38,751 nt of DNA from a virus. Taxonomy: Duplodnaviria; Caudoviricetes. Of the stretch, positions 35,593 to 38,751 are shown one piece after another. Under the pieces are notes generated by a model. It did no database searches. It was given only the letters and a program-made list of their open reading frames with translations, and was not told the origin of the DNA. The stretch spans positions 1 through 38,751 of the IMG/VR virus record IMGVR_UViG_3300031938_000012. One strand, 5' to 3'. Numbering within the stretch: position 1 is the first letter of the stretch; every line of letters starts with the position of its first letter. The translations under genes were made by a program, and so were the position numbers.

Positions 35593-35786
35593 CCGAACAG
35601 ACCGTCTTGGTGGATTCGGTATCCGCCGCCCTGGCCGTGGACCGGCCCAAGTCCACCATTAGGGGGTGGGCCCACCGCGGGCTCCTGACCATTCACGGGC
35701 AGGACGCAAAAGGCCGCGCCCTTTACGATTTAGCCGAGGTTTACCGTGTCGCCGTCCGCATGGCCGGCAAAAAGGGGGGGAAGTAA
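35589..35786 (+). CDS. MerR-like HTH DNA-binding protein
   Basis: AALAVDRPKSTIRGWAHRGLL..GRALYDLAEV. Confidence 0.8.
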   Translation: MTEQTVLVDSVSAALAVDRPKSTIRGWAHRGLLTIHGQDAKGRALYDLAEVYRVAVRMAGKKGGK

Positions 35787-35943
35787 TGGACCTGGAACTA
35801 AAAGAACTGCTGACCGTGGCCGCGGCCCTGGGGCTCCTGCTGGGGACGTTTTGGCCGGCGTAATTGGGTGGCATGGCGAACAGGACGGGGGCCGGTGGTG
35901 GACGTCGCCGGACCTGTCGGTCACCCTGACCGAACGGGAAGCC

Positions 35944-36222
35944 ATGGACGCTATCCACCTATTCGAACTGCTGAATTGGGACACCGTGGAAGCGGACCTA
36001 AAGCCCGGGGCCACGTCCCCGTCCGGGGAACCGCTGGACCGGCATAACCGCAACGTCCGGCTTGCCCTAATGGCCGAATGTTTGACCAACGCCCGGGACG
36101 CCAAGCCCGGAACCGGCATTGCCCTAATGGACAACCATTATTGGCGTCATGCCGTGTCCGCGCTGCTGGAGGCCCGGGACCTGGCCAAAATGGGCATGTT
36201 GGGCGGACCTGATGACGAATAG
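35944..36222 (+). CDS. Hypothetical protein
   Basis: Protein-like composition; overlaps the next gene start; start uncertain. Confidence 0.6.
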   Translation: MDAIHLFELLNWDTVEADLKPGATSPSGEPLDRHNRNVRLALMAECLTNARDAKPGTGIALMDNHYWRHAVSALLEARDLAKMGMLGGPDDE

Positions 36223-36421
36223 CCGCGCTGACCAGCGGGCCCGGTTCGCCAAGGCCCTGGAGGCCCACTACCTAAAGCGGTTCCGCCTGGACGTGGTGGC
36301 CATAGACCTGGGGGACGGGTGGGAAGTGCTGCGGACGGACGGGCAGGAACTAACCCCCATGGAAGCCCGGGCGTTCCGCCACTTCCGGGCCGGCTATAAA
36401 GTCATGGGCGCGGACGTCTAG
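36212..36421 (+). CDS. Hypothetical protein
   Basis: Operon packing. Confidence 0.6.
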   Translation: MTNSRADQRARFAKALEAHYLKRFRLDVVAIDLGDGWEVLRTDGQELTPMEARAFRHFRAGYKVMGADV

Positions 36422-36424
36422 GCC

Positions 36425-36607
36425 ATGCCGGCCACCGGGCAATGGTGCCCCACCTGCCGGCACCGCCACGGCCCCGTCCGGACCGCGTCATGTTGCCACG
36501 TCCGTTGGGAACTGGTGGGGGTCTACTGGCGGGCCGTATATTGCGACTGTTCCGGACCGCCTAGACTGGCCCCTAGTAGGTCCCTCCCCGTGGGGCCGGG
36601 CGACTGA
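36425..36607 (+). CDS. Small Cys-rich hypothetical protein
   Basis: CPTC..CC..CDC; starts 3 nt after the previous stop. Confidence 0.45.
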   Translation: MPATGQWCPTCRHRHGPVRTASCCHVRWELVGVYWRAVYCDCSGPPRLAPSRSLPVGPGD

Positions 36608-36658
36608 ATAGCACCCCGGTTGAATGGCTGGAACGGCACCCCAAGACGGACCTATAGA

Positions 36659-36694
36659 CGGGCCACCGGGAATTCTAGACACCCCGGTGGCCCG
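36659..36694. terminator. 12-bp perfect hairpin between convergent genes
   Basis: cgggccaccggg-N12-cccggtggcccg. Confidence 0.6.
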
Positions 36695-36700
36695 TTGCGT

Positions 36701-37003
36701 TTAGCCGGTCACGGACCGGATAGCGTCCATAAGCAACCAGCCGGCGCAAACCGCGGACACCAGGGAAGACACCATGGAGGTTTTATAGGCCCGCCGGGCC
36801 TTGCGGTGGTAGTCATTGGCCCACGCAATCAGCACCTCGGGCGGCGGGCCCTGCCGAATGATGACCCGGGCCCCGTCCCCGGCCCCGAATTCGCAAGGCC
36901 CATCATGGTTACGCGGGGCAAGGCAGGACGCTAGGCCCGTAAAGGGCAGGTCACGGGGCGGGGGCTTGGTGCAAGCCAAGTAATCAGGGGCAGGGTTAGA
37001 CAC
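36701..37003 (-). CDS. Counter-oriented small membrane protein (probably leaderless)
   Basis: TACAAT hexamer 7 nt before the GTG at 37003; C...HDGPC motif; C-terminal hydrophobic helix; hairpin after the stop. Confidence 0.55.
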   Translation of the reverse strand: MSNPAPDYLACTKPPPRDLPFTGLASCLAPRNHDGPCEFGAGDGARVIIRQGPPPEVLIAWANDYHRKARRAYKTSMVSSLVSAVCAGWLLMDAIRSVTG

Positions 37004-37135
37004 GGGGTCAATTGTAGACGGCCAATAGACGGTCCGCGGTACGCTAGGCCCTACCACCTCCCTAAGTGGCATCCAAGGGCGGGTCCCTTGCCCGGACCCG
37101 CCCTTTGGGTGTCCGGACACCAAAGGACCCAACCC

Positions 37136-37366
37136 ATGGCCGAATCGGCAAAGTTCATTCTCGAAGTCACCGCCGGGCTAATCCCGGGCCGTCCTGATGA
37201 CGCATACACCAAGCGGTGGGCCATTACCGGCCAGGAATGGGCGGACCACCCGGAACCGTCCCACCTGCTGGCCGAAACCAACGGCAAGGCCCAAGGCTAT
37301 GCCGCGTTGCTTATGCTGCAACCCGATTACCTGAATTGGGTACGCATGGATTGGGTCCTGGTCTAA
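37136..37366 (+). CDS. Hypothetical protein
   Basis: RBS AAAGGA before the ATG at 37136. Confidence 0.7.
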   Translation: MAESAKFILEVTAGLIPGRPDDAYTKRWAITGQEWADHPEPSHLLAETNGKAQGYAALLMLQPDYLNWVRMDWVLV

Positions 37367-37714
37367 ATGGCCGTCCTGCCAAGTCCCGATTGCCGGGACG
37401 ATAACCACAACAAATGCCCCAACGTGGGGTGGGACGAGGTGGCCGATGACGCCACCGGTTGCCCCTGCCATTGCCACCCCGGCCCCCGTTGCGGCCAGCC
37501 CCACGAGGCCCCCGCCCTGGCCTACCTTGGCCAATGCATCATGGGCCCGGACCATGACGGCCCCCACCACTTTGACGGACCCATAGACGGGACCGTCATA
37601 TCCGTGACCCTGGGGGACGGATGGGAACGCATAAGCGCGGAAGACCTGGTGAACGGCGCGGACGTCCTGGAAGACCTGGGGCGGGCCATAGGCCGGCCCA
37701 AGGCGGACCAGTGA
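37367..37714 (+). CDS. Cys/His-rich hypothetical protein
   Basis: CRDDNHNKC..CPCHCH..C..HDGPH. Confidence 0.7.
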   Translation: MAVLPSPDCRDDNHNKCPNVGWDEVADDATGCPCHCHPGPRCGQPHEAPALAYLGQCIMGPDHDGPHHFDGPIDGTVISVTLGDGWERISAEDLVNGADVLEDLGRAIGRPKADQ

Positions 37715-37953
37715 CCGGCGGGGCCCACCGGCTGGAAGACCCATGCCCGCATGACCACCGGGAACGCGCCGGCATAGTCACCAACCAGCCCGGCAAGTAT
37801 GACCGGACCCGCGCCCATGCCGCCGTGTCCGTCTGCGGGCGTCCCGAGTGTAGGGCCCGCGGCATGGCATGGGTCCAGCACGTGACCAAAGAACAACCCG
37901 TCTACATATCGGACGCCCACCGGCCACCGCCCGGCACCGAGCCCCCATGCTAG
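37711..37953 (+). CDS. Hypothetical protein
   Basis: GTGA overlap; CPH..CGRPEC. Confidence 0.6.
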   Translation: MTGGAHRLEDPCPHDHRERAGIVTNQPGKYDRTRAHAAVSVCGRPECRARGMAWVQHVTKEQPVYISDAHRPPPGTEPPC

Positions 37954-37987
37954 TAAGCAATGTGACGGATAACACGAGCGGTCATAT

Positions 37988-38006
37988 CGTCCAGCTTGAC
38001 TAGACG
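37988..38006. promoter_or_regulatory. Operator CGTCCA-N7-TAGACG
   Basis: At the start of the non-coding region upstream of HNH and the late genes. Confidence 0.65.
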
Positions 38007-38317
38007 AGCCGGGGTAGTGAACACTTGGGGGCAGGTGGCACCGGTGGCTCTGCGGCTCCCGCTGACCACCACCGGCCACCTAGGCCCCCATAGCCCCATC
38101 CCCCAATCAGGGGCATTTGGGGGCCGCCCCAATCTTAGGGGGCGGCGCGGCTAGGGGTAGCCGGGGGGACATAGGCCCGGGTCATTCAATGGCCCGGGCC
38201 TTTCCCATGCCAAGCCCAACCAGGACCCCATCCCCCTGCCACCCCATTGTCCGGTCTATGCCGGGGCAGGGGGGTGGGTGCAACCCACCCGGGGGGGTAC
38301 ACCGAGGGGGGTAGTCC

Positions 38318-38611
38318 ATGGCCACCCATGCCGGCGCGCCAACCGCAAGGCGGACCCAACGCGCCAAGCGATTAGCCCGTGACCTCAAGGCCCGCAAGAA
38401 TCCATGTTGGCTTTGCGGCCTGGCCATTGACTACACCTTGCCGCCGGACGATGACATGGCGTTCAGCGTGGACCACGTCAAGCCTTGGTCAACCCATCCT
38501 GAACTACGGGAAGACCCGGACAACCTCGCCGCCGCCCATTCCCGATGTAACAAGCAAAGGGGCAACAAACCACCGCCTTTAGGGCTCGGTTTGCTGTCCC
38601 GGGAATGGTAG
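38318..38611 (+). CDS. HNH endonuclease (terminase-associated, gp74-like)
   Basis: CWLCG..VDHVKP..NLAAAHSRCNKQRG; directly precedes TerS on the circle. Confidence 0.93.
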   Translation: MATHAGAPTARRTQRAKRLARDLKARKNPCWLCGLAIDYTLPPDDDMAFSVDHVKPWSTHPELREDPDNLAAAHSRCNKQRGNKPPPLGLGLLSREW

Positions 38612-38751
38612 GGGACCCCCGCGCCGCCCAAATGTCAGTGGTGGGGGGTAAGGGGGTCAAAATCGCTGCACCCTGGGGCCCAAGGCCCCTTTGCCGGCAG
38701 TGATCTATCCCCCCCCGAGGCTTTACCCGGGGACGCGCGCGCGCGTGATTA
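38606..38751. repeat. Terminal direct repeat, right copy
   Basis: Matches 1-146. Confidence 0.95.

Larger units (their letters stand above)
1..38751. mobile_element. Complete temperate siphovirus / putative phage-plasmid of Actinobacteria
   Basis: Full head-tail-lysis-immunity gene set, terminal redundancy, par cassette in place of an integrase. Confidence 0.9.

Noticed and set aside
1-38751. tRNA or rRNA genes
   Set aside because: No cloverleaf or T-loop consensus was noticed in intergenic regions by eye; tRNAscan-SE/ARAGORN would settle it.

Overview
The window looks like one complete, circularly closed ~38.6 kb temperate siphovirus genome of high-GC Actinobacteria. The gene content resembles Arthrobacter/Micrococcaceae phages, but the host is inferred only. 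Layout: terminases, portal fused to a MuF-like domain, HK97-type head genes, tail genes with a -1 frameshifted chaperone, and lysis genes (1-20.6 kb); a leftward block of small DNA-binding genes, a ParA-based partition cassette with 8-bp-periodic repeats, a ~700 bp structured non-coding region and the repressor (20.8-26.5 kb); a rightward early arm with Cro, RecE/RecT, DNA methylase, RusA, SSB and HNH (26.8-38.6 kb). I found no integrase and no recognisable replication initiator, helicase, primase or polymerase. Most notable: (1) a compact VUT/YhhQ transporter + QueF-like + TGT/DpdA-like cassette with no de novo preQ0 synthesis genes, suggesting salvage-fed 7-deazaguanine DNA modification; (2) an apparent plasmid-prophage replicon with ParA/partner/parS plus an antisense-RNA/attenuator-like locus in front of a structured non-coding region, a candidate Rep-less RNA-based origin; (3) a genome-wide CGTCTA-N7-TAGACG operator family; (4) an Arr-like ADP-ribosyltransferase next to a nucleoside deoxyribosyltransferase-like gene. 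All calls come from motif recognition by eye; no searches were run.
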